Origin: the human T2T-CHM13v2.0 reference genome, Homo sapiens
Reading direction: 5' to 3' (one strand)
DNA: 64,000 nt
Assembly (NCBI RefSeq): GCF_009914755.1
Contig: NC_060925.1
Below are positions 1 to 15,329 of this stretch, piece after piece. Under the pieces are notes generated by a model. The model was not told the origin of the DNA and searched no databases. It saw only the letters and a list, made by a program, of their open reading frames with translations. Position 1 is the stretch's first letter, and every line of letters starts with the position of its first letter. A program made the translations under genes and the position numbers.

Positions 1-340
1 TATGTTCCAGGTACTATATGTCTTTAATTCTCACATCAAGCTTGTGAAGTAGGACTATTATTTCCATCATATAGATGTGGAAGATAAACTTTAGAGAGGT
101 TTTGCATACATTTACATAGTTAATAAGAGGCAGGATCAAGATTAGAACACACATCTGTCTGACTTTAAGTCTGTGATTTTCCCCACTACATCATGAAGCC
201 TCCTATTTGGCTGTGCACAGCTTGAGGGCAGGGACTGCATCTTTCATCTCTGTAGCTCTAGCATCCAGCACCTAGTGCCTAGAATGCAGTAGCTTTTAGT
301 AGGTGCTCAACAATGTGTTTGATGAATCAATGGATGAATG
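1..340. mobile_element. MIR (minus, ~1-195) and L2 3' end (plus, ~215-340)
   Basis: MIR core and L2 terminal motifs (GTAGGTGCTCAACAATGTGTTTGATGAAT). Confidence 0.6.
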
Positions 341-1557
341 GCAATAAATGGCCATCTCAGCCAGATTTGTCTTGGTCCTGATAATCTCAATATTGTATTT
401 CTTGGCTCTGGATATCCATTTGGGAGGATCAGTTAAGCCTGAAGTAAAAAGACAATTCAAGGGCAGCTGCAAGAGAACATTCTGTAACTTGTTTATAAAT
501 ATATGAGATAAAATTTGACTGGGCTGAGTTATTGGGAGAGAGAGCTCTGTAAAGCAAGACAAGCATCCAATGAAGCAATGGACATAGATAAATTGTATTT
601 ACTCCCCAGAACTCCCTCAAAGGGATTTGCCTTAGACAAATAGCTTGGCCTTGTTTTCACAATAAACAAGTGGTCTCCAGTATGAGCTAAGCCTCCCAGC
701 TAGGCAGTTACTGGTTAGAAAACAGGTCTGGACCCAGAACTAGTTGGAAGCAGTTTCTCTGTTGGAGTGGGAGGAAAGAACAGGCTACTTTTGATGGAAA
801 GGATATACCTGAGAAGAGGCTGTCAACCCACCCCTGGCCACAGGCTGATTAGAGGCAGTATCTGAACTAGAGTCTGGCAACTCCTCAGAATTCTCCTTGC
901 CTCCCAGGCAGTGGTTCTCATCTGTAGAGGACAGGCTCCAAGGAACTAGTATCTTTTTAAAGCCTCCTTTCTGAGCAGTTAAATAAGAGACTGTTTCTTC
1001 CTATTCCTTTGGGAAAATTCTCCCTAAAAAAACAAATGCATTTGTTGATTTTCATAGAATTTGGATTTCACATCTTAGCTGAAGCCCGGGCCTCCTTTTC
1101 AGTATTGACTTCCATTGAGATTAAGCACAAATGGGTCCTAACACAACTCATGAAAGTGCCAGTTTCCCCCTTGCAAAATAAAAGGTGATCTGTCACCTAA
1201 AACTACCCAATTTTTCTCAGGCAGAAAATACATAATGTCAGAGCATGCCAATTACCATAGTGCTTGTCTTCTATCTCTAGCTTTCTCTATTGGTAGGCTA
1301 CTTCCCTTGAATATCTGTGGATTTAGATGTTACATGTTTTCTAGTCAGAATTGGGCCTAAGTGTATTTGTGGCCATGGTCTTGTTGAAGATTACATTTTT
1401 CTTAGTGTACTAATCTAATGCCCCCTGAGTTTGCCATTGTATCTCTGTCGGCTTTTCTGTAATAAATTTGTGCCCTAGGACTACAGGCAATGGCAAAACC
1501 CCAAGCTTGGAAGCTGCTTGGTAGTTGACTGGTGGATCTGTAGAGTAGGTATTTCTA

Positions 1558-1918
<361 letters not shown>

Positions 1919-2980
1919 TTATTTACTCAATATTTATTGAATATGTAGTATGTACCAGGCAGAGTGCTATGGAGCTAAGAATATAGATACATAAGACATT
2001 TATTTACCCTCAAGGGGAGTTATCGTCTACTGGAGAACTTTATGGTTTTAACATGGGGATTTTCACTTTAAAAGTCATTTGATTCATTTTGAATCAGAAT
2101 ACATCCAACCACTAAGGTTGCCTACTTAGAGGATCAAATTGCTGCTGTAAATCTTGGATACAAATATATTCCTCATAATAAAAGAAGCTCACCTAAAATT
2201 TTAGGAAAATGACAAGGCAATTTCTGAGGTGCAGAATGAATACATCAGGTAAGCAGGTCTACTTACTAGAAAGATTGCCTCCTGACTAATAGAGTGGGGG
2301 GCTTAGAGTCTTAGTGATTTATTCCTGAATTAAAACTAGATAATATATATATATAAGTACTTTACATTTGTAAAAGGAAAACATTACTGTTACACACTGA
2401 CACCACATAGAATAATATTGTTACATAATACTCATTATAATAGGGTATTGTTACTATTACACTATGTAGAGTAATACCCTAAAAAATCCATGAGCATGGG
2501 AATTGCAAGTGATTGGATATAAGTCTGAAGACCTAATTGCCACTGTCAGAAAAATTTTTTAGCCACTATCAGAATAATCTTATAGAACCCTCTTGACCTT
2601 TTTAAACTCTAGATTTCTTTGTTTATGAAATGTGGTTATATCTAATCTACCTGCCTCATTTGATAGTATAAAGGATCAAATGAAACAATGAGAACTGAAA
2701 ATGTAGATACTGCATTTTCTCCGTACCCAGTAATCAATCTTGCAGGTCCACTTCCAAAATCCCAGTTCACAGAGACCATGTTCAGAGAGAGGGAAGTGAT
2801 GGGAAGGAGGCTGCACTGCTCTGGCCAATCGCCGTGAGGAAAGAGGAAGAAGAGGTAAATTATGTGCTTTCATTGGCTAACCATCCCCGGGAGTCTGAGT
2901 CTCAGTGGATCGTTAGCCTTTATTACAACAGAAGCAGGTTTTATCAGAATCTTTGCAGCGTATTTCCCTGTTTCTGCCTA

Positions 2981-3367
<387 letters not shown>

Positions 3368-3452
3368 TCAAGGAATATTGCACAAGGGAGATGACCTCTT
3401 AGTAGAGGTCAGGGAGGAATAGTTCACAAGACAGACAATGGAAAAATATAGC

Positions 3453-3773
3453 TTTTTTTTTTTTTTTTCTGAGACAAGGTCTCACTCTATTGCCCAGGCT
3501 GGAAGTATAGTGGCACAATCACAGCTTACCACAGCCTCGGCCTCCCAAGCTCAGGTGATCTTCTCACCTCAGCCCACCCTTCCCTCCCCTCACCCAACTG
3601 GGTACCGGGGACTTCAGGTGCATGCCACCGTGCCTGGCTAGCTTTTTTATTTTTTGTAGAGATAGGATTTCCCATGTTACCCAAGCTGATCTTGAACTGC
3701 TGGACTCAAGTGATCCTCCTGTCCCAGCCTTCCAAAGTGCTGGGATTACAGGCTTGAGCCACCATGCCCAACC
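3453..3773 (-). mobile_element. AluJ
   Basis: Diverged reverse-complement Alu with poly-T. Confidence 0.88.
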
Positions 3774-5215
3774 TATAGATCTTTATTAGTTAATTATATC
3801 AGAATCAAGATTAATTCAAATCAAGATTAATCAAGATTAATTCAAAACATTAGAAGATATATTTGAACAAATACTGAAAAATTACTCTAATCACCTGATG
3901 AGATACATCAGGCCCCATTTCCTACAGAGCTAAACAACAGATCTTCCAGAAAAATGGAGTTCCTTGCCTGCTTTGGGGATGGCTTGGATCTCATTCTCAC
4001 ACTTCCTCAGATGTGAAGTTTCTCGTGTTCGGATTTTAAGAATCCTTAAGGAGACAATAATCAAAGTTGCAATGAGACATGAAGAAGAAATAAAATTATA
4101 GAGAAATACTGGAAAATAAGAGAAACAGCTGGACAACTTCAGGGGAATTTGTAACGAAAGAAGGATGGCAGATCATGATGTGGACTCAAGAAATTAGCTA
4201 TGTACAGTGTTCACTTTGCAGCAATTATGTTACTAATTACTATACTATAAAAGTAGTCTAATGATTATAAAAAGCTAACATTTAGATGCATGTTGAATTT
4301 CTGATAAATGTTTTATCAAATTTAAATCTTCCTTTATATACTGTCTAATTATAATCTGGCCCAAAACTAAGTGTGATAATATTGAATACTGAATGGATGA
4401 AGACTTGTCCTTGACCTTCTTCTAGCGCCCCTTATAGTCCTTTACTCCACTGCATCTTTGGGCACCACACAAGACCTGGCTTTCTTGGTGAGAACCCTGT
4501 GGTCCAAACCTTTCCCTGCACAATACACTTCATTAGCACTTGGGTTCTGGATCCAACGACTCAATGGCCCTGCTCTCCACAGAAGAAAAGAACCAATAAA
4601 TCAGCTGCATAAAGCTCCCATTAAAGAAGAAAATAGAACTAGTCAAGAAACAGAGAAGAATTTAAAGGGCTAGGAAGAGAACGAGAAAAGTCAAAGAAGG
4701 GATGAGATTCAAAAAAGGAGATGGTGATTTACTAGGCCAAATGCTGAAGAGTAATGTTGAACAATTGAGGTGTTAGGTTTATTAATTAGAAATGTTGAGC
4801 TAAGAAGAATGACAGGAGAAAAGATGGAGTGCAATACATAGAGAAAAATGGCAGCTAATAAAGAAATGGAGATGGGGTTATAATAATAATGGTGATAATG
4901 ACAGCTAGTGTTTATTGGAGAGGTTTAGTTGTGTGTCTAGTATTCCACTGAACACTTGGCATGCAGGTATAATATTATCCCCGTCTTAAAGATGAGCAAA
5001 TCGCAACACAGACTGAATAGTAACTTACAGAAGTTGATTTACAGCATTACATTACTGATCATCTGGAACTGATGAAGCTCAAATTCAAATTCAGGTTTGT
5101 GCAACATTTTTGACTACTAGGTTATTGTGCCTCTTCTTCTCTTTAGAGGTTTATTTGAGTCAGAGGAAAAAATAGTTTTATCTTTATCTTACAAGGAAAA
5201 TGAAGTTAGGGTGAC

Positions 5216-5245
5216 TTTTTTTTTTTTGAGACAGAGTCTCGCTCG
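5216..5245 (-). mobile_element. Severely 5'-truncated Alu stub
   Basis: T12 + gagacagagtctcgctcg, flanked by TSD tagggtgac. Confidence 0.8.
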
Positions 5246-6146
5246 TAGGGTGACATTTTTAAATTAAGACAGGAAAGATAAAATAATACATGTGACCAGA
5301 TGGGAAGAGAGCAGTAGAGATGGAGGCTGAAGATACAAAAAAACAAGTTCTAATTGATGGGAATTTGGAACTGATGGGATAAAATTTCCCAAGGAACCAA
5401 AAAGGGCTCTGATTACAAACACAGTTGGGTAAGTTAACTTGAGACATAAGAAAAGGAAGAAAATAATCACTGGGTTTGATGATTAGGAAATAATGTTGTT
5501 TGAAATAGTTTTATAACTTAGATTTCACAGAGGAAGTCAGTTGTTAACAAATATTTGGTTATTCCTTTTATGAGTTATGCATTCTGTCAAGTAAAGTCAA
5601 CAAAAGCATTGCTTGTCATTTCTAATTATTTTCTAGAAACTGATTAAATAATAAAAAACAATTTATCTGTCACTACTCTATTATGTAAAATATTATATTG
5701 CTCCTTTCATCTGAAAAATTATATTCTTCTGTCATCTCTGAATAGTTAGGGCATGTCAATTGGAACTCATTTGATTCCAAAGGTCAGAAACTCAACTTGA
5801 ACTAGCTTAGGCAAAAAAGGATTCCCTTGTCTCACAAAGCCAAACCCCAAAGCACAGGGAATGTCCAGTCTCAAGAAAACTGGTGATGGTCAGAAACAAA
5901 TAATAAAAATCTACTACCTAAGTGTAGTCGCTTCTTTCACAGATGCAAAAAGTGAAACACAAAGGCATTAGAAAATTGATTCATATCTTTGTGAGTCAGA
6001 AGTGATAGTAGATATAGATCCTTTTACCAATCTCCATGCTAAGTTATTCTAACTATCATGTTAAAAATTGGAGTTGGTTTTGGTTGTAATTAGTTCTCCA
6101 ATTTTATATTTCATAAACAAATAGCAGTATGTGATTAAGTTTTCAC

Positions 6147-6238
6147 ATTTCTGGGTACATTCTTAAGAGTATGTCTGGGTATTTCTGGGTACATTCTCAG
6201 GAGTACCTCTGGTTATTTCTGGATATATCCTCAAGAGT
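6147..6238. repeat. 34-bp tandem repeat, ~2.7 copies
   Basis: atttctgg(g/a)ta(c/t)at recurs at 6147, 6181, 6215. Confidence 0.85.
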
Positions 6239-7136
6239 CAGCTTCCCTCTACTTTACATAAGGTACTAGGAAAATACTCATAATAAATTTATTTGGCCAG
6301 CATGACTCTGCTTGCTACAGGCCTGTCTTTATCTGGATTATTCATGGTGATCTCAGTGAGAACCCTGCCTACAGAGTCACAATGAGTGAGCTGAGGAATA
6401 GGAAACTTCAGCTCCACCTGGTCTGCTGACACAAGCTTTTGTGCTATCATTTCATCTTTCATGGCTGATTTAAGGGAGGACTTGCTTCCTGTCCAGCCCT
6501 GAGGAAGAATATAGACATTTAGACATTCTAAAACACAGACATCATATGTTTAATTTGTCTCTCTCAGCTTTAAATATTCTAAAGGTATTGTCATAGTTTA
6601 CACAGCTTAAGGATATTTTTCTCCTTGTTAATGAAAGGAGTTTGCAAAAGTAATTAGTGAATACTTAGAAGTACAGTGGAATGTAAGGACACTATCATTA
6701 TAAGTAGAATTTTGGAAATATGTGTACAAGGAAGGAAGGAAATATAGGCTTTAAAGAATCATATTTATGTCAAATTTATTATGTGCAGATCTTAGCCAGG
6801 GATACTGAAAAGATTAGATTCATTACTGAGAAAACGTCATACAAGGGAACTTTACTATTGATCTCCAGATTAATAGAACACAACACCAAACATATTCTTC
6901 AATCACCTGAACTGCTTACAGGACTAAAAATAGTCCTAATGGATGTTTTTCAAGCATTTCATGTTCTCTTCTACTCCATTGATTCAGATTCACATTCAAC
7001 TGATTCTGAACATTTAGTGAACATCCAGATTCAATATTTACTAAATGACGACTTGGTGCTGGGCACTTTGCTGGATACTACTATTACCTTATTCGATTCT
7101 CACTTCAACTCCAGAGGAGTCTCATTATTCTCAGTT

Positions 7137-7780
7137 TGAAACTGCCATTGCAAAATTATAACTGAGACAGTGAAAGAGATCTGACCTTATCAATTTCATC
7201 TTGCTTCTAACCTCCAAGCTGTCCTTGTTCATTCCTGGGTGTACACTGAACTAATTTGGGGAGGAACTTATTTTATAGTTTGAGACAAAGATGGTAACAG
7301 CCCTTTCTCAAAACAAACCCCCTTCTTGCCTGGGGACCAGAGTGCCTTTGCAGGACTAACAAGTTAGTCAAAAGATTAGAAATTATGGTTTAGGGGTCAT
7401 GCAGCTGGAGGCTACAAGATTCTGACCCTTCCCAAATTTCCCCTGGGGATAAAAATCACTATTGTAAAACCTGAGACCAATGCTTGAGATATTTTGCCGA
7501 CCCTGCACTTAATGGATAAACTGGCTCCATCAAGTGCACCACCCAGATGGATAAACTGTCTCATCTGATTTGGGGGCCACTGGCTTCCCCCCACCCACCA
7601 AGCTGTCCTTAACAACTTAGATCCCTGAATGCTCAGGGAGACTGATTTGAGTAATAGTAAAACTCTAGTCTCCTACGCATTCAGCTCTGCGTGAATTACT
7701 CTTCTCTATTGCAATTCCCCTGTCATGATAAATTGGCTCTGTCTAGGCAGCAGGCAAGGTGAACCTATAGGGTGATTACA
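7137..7780 (+). mobile_element. Solo LTR8 (ERV1) inserted in a MIR
   Basis: TGAAACTGCCATTGCAAAATTATAACTGAG...GGTGATTACA; MIR sequence resumes on both sides (~7030-7136, 7781-7915). Confidence 0.8.
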
Positions 7781-9062
7781 ATTTTACAGAGTCTTAGAGA
7801 AATTAAGAACCTTACCTAAGGTCACATAAGTGGTGAATGAGATTCTGGAGTTCTAGCATTCTAGTTCAGGTCTTTTCTGATACCATACTTTGTGTCTCTT
7901 CCACTGACTGCACTGTCTTCATTTTATCAGAGTCAATGAGCAGCATTGACATTCAGATACTAAAGAGCAGTGGGAGAAAAATACTCTTTCTTTGTTAATT
8001 TTAGTTTTATGAACAAAAATTATGTAGTCTGCATAGAAACAATAGATAATAAAGCCACCCATAATTTCAGTAGTCATGAGGCATGACACAAAACCACCTG
8101 TTCTTTCCCATGTCAATGTATGTGTGTGCATGTGATTTTTGTAATGTAAGCAAGTTTTCTGTGTTGCAGAAAGGTGTGAAAGCTGAAACACAGCAGGTTT
8201 GAATTACAGGGTGTATAGGTGTGGGCTATTTCCCTGCCCCCAGAATTTTATTTACTCATCAAAAGCCCTAGGTAGCATGTGTTTGAAGACAGCTGTATCT
8301 TGGAAGAAGCTCCAAGACACACTGACAATATCAGAGGATCATGTAGCCATATGGGGCCTAAAGATAAGTCTTCTTTCTACACAGCCTGTCCTAATCAATA
8401 TGCTGTTTGCCAGCTTCACATGAAATGTCCTTTGGCAAATAAAAATTATTTTAGGGAAACATTGGATGGACACATGTTGGTATTTTTAACTTTAAAATAG
8501 AAGTATCAAGTGAATTATTAAACAGGAAAAATCAACTATCCTTAAACACATCTCCCTAATAATAAAGTTAATTCCATTTTTTGTGTATTCTCTTCCTGGG
8601 GACATCACTGTTGTTAGAGTGCATCACTTTGACTCCCATGGTCTCCTCTCATAAATGACAGTTTGTAAGAGTTGCAGTGGCTGATCTTATAGTTTATGTT
8701 GTGAGACTGTGGCCCTTGGCAGTACAGTTGCACAGTGTTTGTCCTTCTATGCACTTCCTGATAGTGCTTGGATGTTCAAACAAATATACTAATAATAATG
8801 CAAATATGCTAAAGAGGAACTGTTTCTCTCTATCCCCGGCTCTCACCAGTCATTTCTGGTCCAAAAGGAAGAACCCAGGGACTGCTTCCTGATTATGTAT
8901 TTTCAGTGTCTCAAGCAACTGCAACAGGAAGGCATGAGACTAGGCCCTATTTCCTATAATATGTTATTTTTATCACTCCATTGCTCCTATCATAATCCAG
9001 CTTTTAGCTTTTTACATTTATAAACAAATCCCTCTTTTTTAAGAAAAAAAAAAAAAAAAAAA

Positions 9063-9368
9063 GGCCGGGTGTGGTGGCTGAGGCCTGTAATCCCAGCACT
9101 TTGGGAGGCTGAGGCAGGTGGATCACGAGGTCAGGAGTTGGAGACCAGCCTGACCAACATGGTGAAATCCCATCTCTACTAAAAATACAAAAATTAGCCT
9201 GGCGTGGTGGCGCACACCTGTAATCCCAGCTACTCAGGAGGCTGAGGCAGGATAATAGCTTGAACCTGGAAGGCAGAGTTTGCAGTGAGCCGAGATCATG
9301 CTACTGCACTCCAGCCTGGGTGACAGAGCGAGACTCCGTCTAAATAAAATAATAAAATAAAATAAAAT
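9063..9368 (+). mobile_element. AluS
   Basis: Full dimer, (TAAAA)n tail, upstream poly-A. Confidence 0.93.
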
Positions 9369-10003
9369 GTCACATACAAAACTATGTATCTACTGCTGCC
9401 TGCAAAAGCAACGAAAAACAAAAAAGACATAGCGGTATCTCTTCCACTGTTCATTAGGCTTCCTTCTACTATAGACCAATCCTTCGAAGATTGTTTTTCT
9501 CAGAATATGCAGGGAGACAGAGAAATGGCTTCATGAGGGTCTCCATGATAAATACAAAGCTAGAGGGCTTGCCATGTTCTTTATTCACTCCCTCTTCTCC
9601 TTGCCCCAGCTCCCTCCATTACTCCTCTTTTTGTCTCTCCCTATTCCTTGGTCATATTCTTCCTCCTTCCCTGTCTATATCAATTTATCTGGACAGGTTT
9701 TTAATGTTGTGAGAATATTAAAGAAATAATACCTATATGTTCTGATGACCTCAGAAGGTTCTTTTGGGTTTCCTGGTTCTCTGGTGACCAATTTCTTCTC
9801 CAAGATAAACTGTTCATTCAGTAGGCAAATTAGTTCTCCAGCACAGTAATCATCTGTTAGGCTTCAGGAAGTGAGAGATTCATTTGGTGATTTTTTTTTT
9901 CAAGATTAAGGCTGAGAATCTGTATTGGTTTCTTGCTGGAAGGAAATAGAAACAACTTGGACAAGTTCCATCCTTGGACAAGTGAAAGAGCAGCACACAT
10001 GCA

Positions 10004-10212
10004 TGTGTGTGTGTGTGTGTGTGTGTGCGTGTCAGAAGGGGTGGTGGTGGTGGGTGATCTTAACAGGGCATTTAAGGTCTTCTGTAATCTTTCCAAAACT
10101 ACCTTTTCACTTTTTTTTCACTTTTGCCTCCTACAACCCCCTGATATGTGTATATATATATATAATATATATATATGTATACATATATATACACACACAC
10201 ACATACACACAT
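10004..10212. repeat. (GT)n at 10004-10026 and (TA)n/(CA)n at 10145-10212
   Basis: Seen directly. Confidence 0.9.
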
Positions 10213-13074
10213 AGCCTTGTCTCAAGGTAAATTGAACATCCATCTTTTCCTTTAGTAAATGGGACATTGTCTACATGTCTTGGTTTGTATTCCCTTCCCA
10301 CTGCCTGGAAAGTGCCACCCCATCCCTTAAACTTAATAGGCACATACACATGCCCCCTCTGCCAGTGAAAATGCATCTATATTTTGGGGCCCAGTCCTAG
10401 GTGCATCTCCCCCTTTACCTTCCTTGAGCAGCTCAGCTTACTCCATCCCTCTTTCTCCTCTGAACACCTGTTGCGCTTATCCTGTGTCAGGTGAGAGTTA
10501 ATCTCCATAATGAAAACATATTGGCTCTGAAACCAAATGTGATGCTCTCGATAAAACTTATCAGACTTTGAAAAAGTGTGTGTGTGTTTGTGCACGTACG
10601 CATGTGTGTGTTTTGGTGAAGAAGCTGAAGGCAAGCAGGCACATGGCTGAGAGAGTCTGGAGAAGAGGTGATGAACACAGAGAGAATAGATAGAGAAAAG
10701 TGATGAAAATAAAATGTCACCTTCCAGTATTGATCATGTGTCTTACAGAAACCCATTTTCACTCGTCTGCTCACATGCTAGATATCCCTCACTCCACTTT
10801 GGCTTTCATCCTACAGTTGTTAGTCTTATAGATGCTAGAAATGCACCAAGACCTCTCCAACTCTAATCTGGTATTTTTAAACCATCTTTTTAATTTGGAG
10901 AGACCACTGACTACATGCAGAAACAGGCACATACAGATTCTACACCCAAAATACCAACATGTTCAGGAAATTGCATTTAACTTAATAAGTGCTGCTATTT
11001 TGGGCTCCAGCTGTATCCTCTTGACCAAAACAAAAAAAACTGAATAGCTTATACTGTTCTCCCTTCAACTCTCCAGCCTTTTCCTGAAAGTTCTAGCTTC
11101 TTCATATTAGAACAGTTTCAGACAGTCACTGTGTCATCCTGCAGTCTGCACATACACCGAAGACTTCAACACAACAAACCCCAAGTTCCTTTATTTCTTT
11201 TTTACCTTTGTTTTCTAATACTTTACATATATATCCCTAGACTGTAGTAATTACATACTCTGTAGACAACAGGAATGTGAAAAAGCCATTTGAGGACCCA
11301 ATTTTGCTTCTATAACAAAGACATGTTTGTGATTAGATAATGGAAAAATTGTAGACCTTACAATACTTTTTCCAGATGAAATCCTAAAGATATTCATGTT
11401 ATATATTCATATTTATATATATTCATAGCCACACATGTCAAACTTATGATTATTGATAACTTGTGGTTTTCAGATGAAAGAACTTTGAAATAAACATTGA
11501 AAGTATAATATTACATTAAAAATTACAGATAATACTTTTAATAAAATGATAAAATCTTCCTTCCTTTTTTTCCTTCCTTTCCAATTTTCCTTTTCTTCAT
11601 CAAATATTTAGTATCTGCTATACAGGTGTTTGATGCTGTAGGACCTGATGAATCACAGCGTTTTAGGCCCAGAGCTATTTTAGATGGCAGAGAAAGACCC
11701 CTTGCTTCAGGATAGCATGTATTTGCTTCAAGTTACTTTCCCACTAGAGAAAGAAAGGTTCCACCTTCATTATTGAAATGGCTTAGCTTATAGCCTGGGG
11801 CTGGCTTATTTATTTTATTAATGTTCTGACCAAGACCAGAAAGCTCTGCTGAGAGAATCTCTGCCTCACTGAGGTTTTCACTCTAGGTTATATATTGTGA
11901 ATACAGATATAAAGCCATTACTTGGGTGTGGATGGATAAAAAAGAGTCAATAGAGTGAGCTTGGAAAAAGAGCAGAGAAAGAAGAAATGTGAGTTCATTA
12001 AGGGAGGCAGGATTAGTGGAAAGAGCTTCTGTATTCTCTTCCTTTGCCATGTGGAATCTTGAGTGATAGCAGTTGGATCTTGATAGATGGAAGATAGAAT
12101 GATCTCTAAGCAATAACATAATGAAAAAGTTGTGCCAATATAATTATCATTTGCTTTCTGCCTTATCAATACTTCACAATTTAATTTGTTTCAACTCAAT
12201 AAACATGTATTTTAAATCTATTATATACCTCTTTTGGGCCTGTGAGAAACAGGTAAAAAAAAAAATGAGAAACTGGCTTCAGAGAGTTTACTTGATAGGG
12301 CGAGGGAGTCACAGCAGAATAATTATATAGATATTATTATTGTTTGAAATATCAGATGTTATCATTCCCAGAATAATTATAGAATATATCTTACTTTTTC
12401 ACCCTAAAATGGAAATGTGAGCTGTCAATTAATGAGTGGTGATACAACTTGAACAGTGAATGAAATTAGAAGAGAAATAATGTTTACCTACTTTTTCTGC
12501 AACCACATTTTGAGTACAGTACAATGGAAATGTTTTATTTCCTTTTGTAAAAATAATGGCTCTAGGAGCCTGGGAAAGAATGTTTTAGAGCAGTTTCCAA
12601 ACTTATCTGACAGTAAAAGCTACCTACTAAGTACAGATTTCAGGGTCCTTCTGGAGATGCTAGTTCTGAGGTTCTAGGGTAAGCTGAAGAAACTATACTT
12701 TTAAGGGAGATTCTATCTTAAGGAAAATTGGGGAAATTGCTATTTAGGAGAAATTACAATTGACCAAAGAAGAATGAAAACACAAAGAAATACTTGCATG
12801 AGTTAAAAAAAAAAAAAAAAAGAAAGAAAAAAACACCTCACAGATGCCTTACGTACCTTTTACAAATTATCTGTACCTACATTGGCAACATTGCAGATAA
12901 ATACAATATAAAATTAATTCAAAATATTCTGCCCATTTATCAAGATATTTCCAGCAAATGTAAGTCTCTGACTGAAAAGCAGATAGAGTTCATTGCAATT
13001 ATGCAAATATATGCATCATATTAAAATTTTAAGCTGATAAGTAAGCTCTGGGAAAAATAAAAGTAAAAACATTC

Positions 13075-13374
13075 GGCCAGGCAGGTGGCTTATGCCTGTA
13101 ATCCCATAACTTTGGGGAGTGGAGGTGAGCAGATCACTTGAGCCCAGGAGTTCGAGATGAGCCTAGGCAACACAGTGAGAGCCTCATCTCTACAAAAAAA
13201 ATTTTAAAAATTACCTGGGCATGGTGGTTTGCACCTGCAGTCCCAGCTATTTGGGAGGCCAAGGTGGGAGGATCAACTGAGCCAAGGAGATGGAGGCTGC
13301 AGTGAGCCATGATCATGCCACTGAACTCCAACCTGTACAACAGAGTGAGACCCTGTCTCTAAAAAACAAAAAAC
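13075..13374 (+). mobile_element. AluJ
   Basis: Full diverged dimer. Confidence 0.9.
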
Positions 13375-15329
13375 ATACAATGCTTAAAATTAACCAAAAT
13401 TATTTTAAACTTAATCCAGGATTCTAAATTCTACTTAGAGTTATCAAAAGTCTTTTTTTAAACCTCATTCCTATTCTTTAATAATATGCATTTTATTTTT
13501 CTTTTAAACATCTTGGAGTATACAATTTCTTTTCAGTTTTATCTTGGAGGATGGGACTAGAACTACTGAGAGTCCTCAAAAAGGCCAAATGTTTCTGAAA
13601 AGTCAGATTTTAATGTTCTAGTTCATACGTAATATAATGAGGATTGTATTTTTTACTTGTAGGGCTTTTTTTCTAGTTTTGGTTTTAAATTAAATAATAC
13701 ACATAAAGGCTCTAATTCTGTGTTTAGAAGGTGCTCCAGAAATTTAAATTTCCCACTTCTTGAATCATTGTCATCATCATCACTATCATTCTCATAGTCA
13801 GGCTTCGTTAATTGCCTCCTTTGTGCCAGGGATAATGCAAAGTCTGTGGGTGATGTGGAGATGTTTCCAGTCTCCCAGGGAAGGACATACTAACTACAGT
13901 GTAGGTTACAATGTGATAATCCATACTATGGAGGTTCACAGAGTGGAGGAATTGCAATGGAGGGCTCTGCAAGAGGGAAAGACCCTTTGGAGAAAGTGGC
14001 TTTTGAGGTGGCCTTCAAAAACTTTAAATAAAAATGTTTTATACTCAACAGTTACTAACCTTCCCTAGAAGCATCACTGTTACTCTTCATTAATTATTTG
14101 GTGATGTGAAATGATTAATGTTTAATGCTCTCTTATGGAACAGATTTTCCCAAGGTTCAATTAAATTGTTTGACTCATTTAAGTGTAACTAAATGAAAGA
14201 TGTGTAACCAAAAGAAACTGCAAAGACTCCTCAATATCTGTTTACCTTGAATATCATTTCATGCAGGTCCAATTACAGACTGACACACTCTAATATCACA
14301 TCACCTCCCTGTGCAAAATGAAGAGAAGAAATTATTTGATCCATATAATGATCTTTACAATTCAGGCCTCAAACCAGGATAATATCTGAATAACTGTGGT
14401 AAAGTAAGTTTTCCTTAATTATCCAGGTAAATGCTTAACTTTATAGAATCAATAGATAGTTCTAAAATATACATATAAATAACAGAGAAAAGAAGAAAAT
14501 GTAAGGCAAGGAAAAGAATTTATTTTGTACATTAAATAGTTCTGAAAGCAGGTACTACAGGGAGCGTTCTAGTATACTTTTATATTCTAAAATAGAAAAA
14601 TAATCCATAGGAAAATATTCATCCTTTGCTTCACATCTCTATTTCTTTTTCAAAAAGCCAAATATTATTTTCTTGCATTCTCTTTAGATTTTGAAGTCTA
14701 GCGACTGAATGGAAGAATTGCAAAATCTATACATTATAATAAATAATTTTCTTTGCTCCATATATTCAGTAATAGAGGCATAGATGAATGCAATAGAAAA
14801 AAGTATAAAAAATACAGACTTATTTGGCCGCAATTCACAAACATCATGATAACCATAACATCTTAAATTAAAAAAAATTCAGTTATATGAATACACAAGA
14901 ACCATATAATTCTAAAAAGATTTGTTATGAAAAATAGCAGTTCCCTATCACCTCCTTCTATTTATCCCTGTTTAAAAAGCAACTGCTTTCACCTCTTACT
15001 AGCCAACTATTTTGATATTTACCTCCATGTCCTAAATAACGTGTTGTTATTCTGTTTTTGCATTTTTTAATTTTAGGCATTAGTGACATTCTGCTATGGA
15101 AGTTGAGATTTTGCTTTTTCTCCTTTTCTCTGACCAATAACCCCAACCAGAGACTTATAATCTTTCCTATCCCCTCATCTTCCTGATTATGATTTTACAT
15201 AATGATTTTGATTAATTTTCAGTGTATATATTATGAAGATTATGTAAATACCATTCACAGATGAGCTTTTCTTGCATAGCTCTGTTTTCTAAATTATTTT
15301 TGTTTTTTCTTAGTTTTCTAAGTGCTTGC

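Noticed and set aside
6720-7139. 139-aa ORF
   Set aside because: AT-rich, runs through L2/MIR-like sequence into LTR8; no domain or splice support
14268-14403. Exon-like segment (tgcag|...|gtaagt)
   Set aside because: Stop codons in all three frames; no partner exon identified
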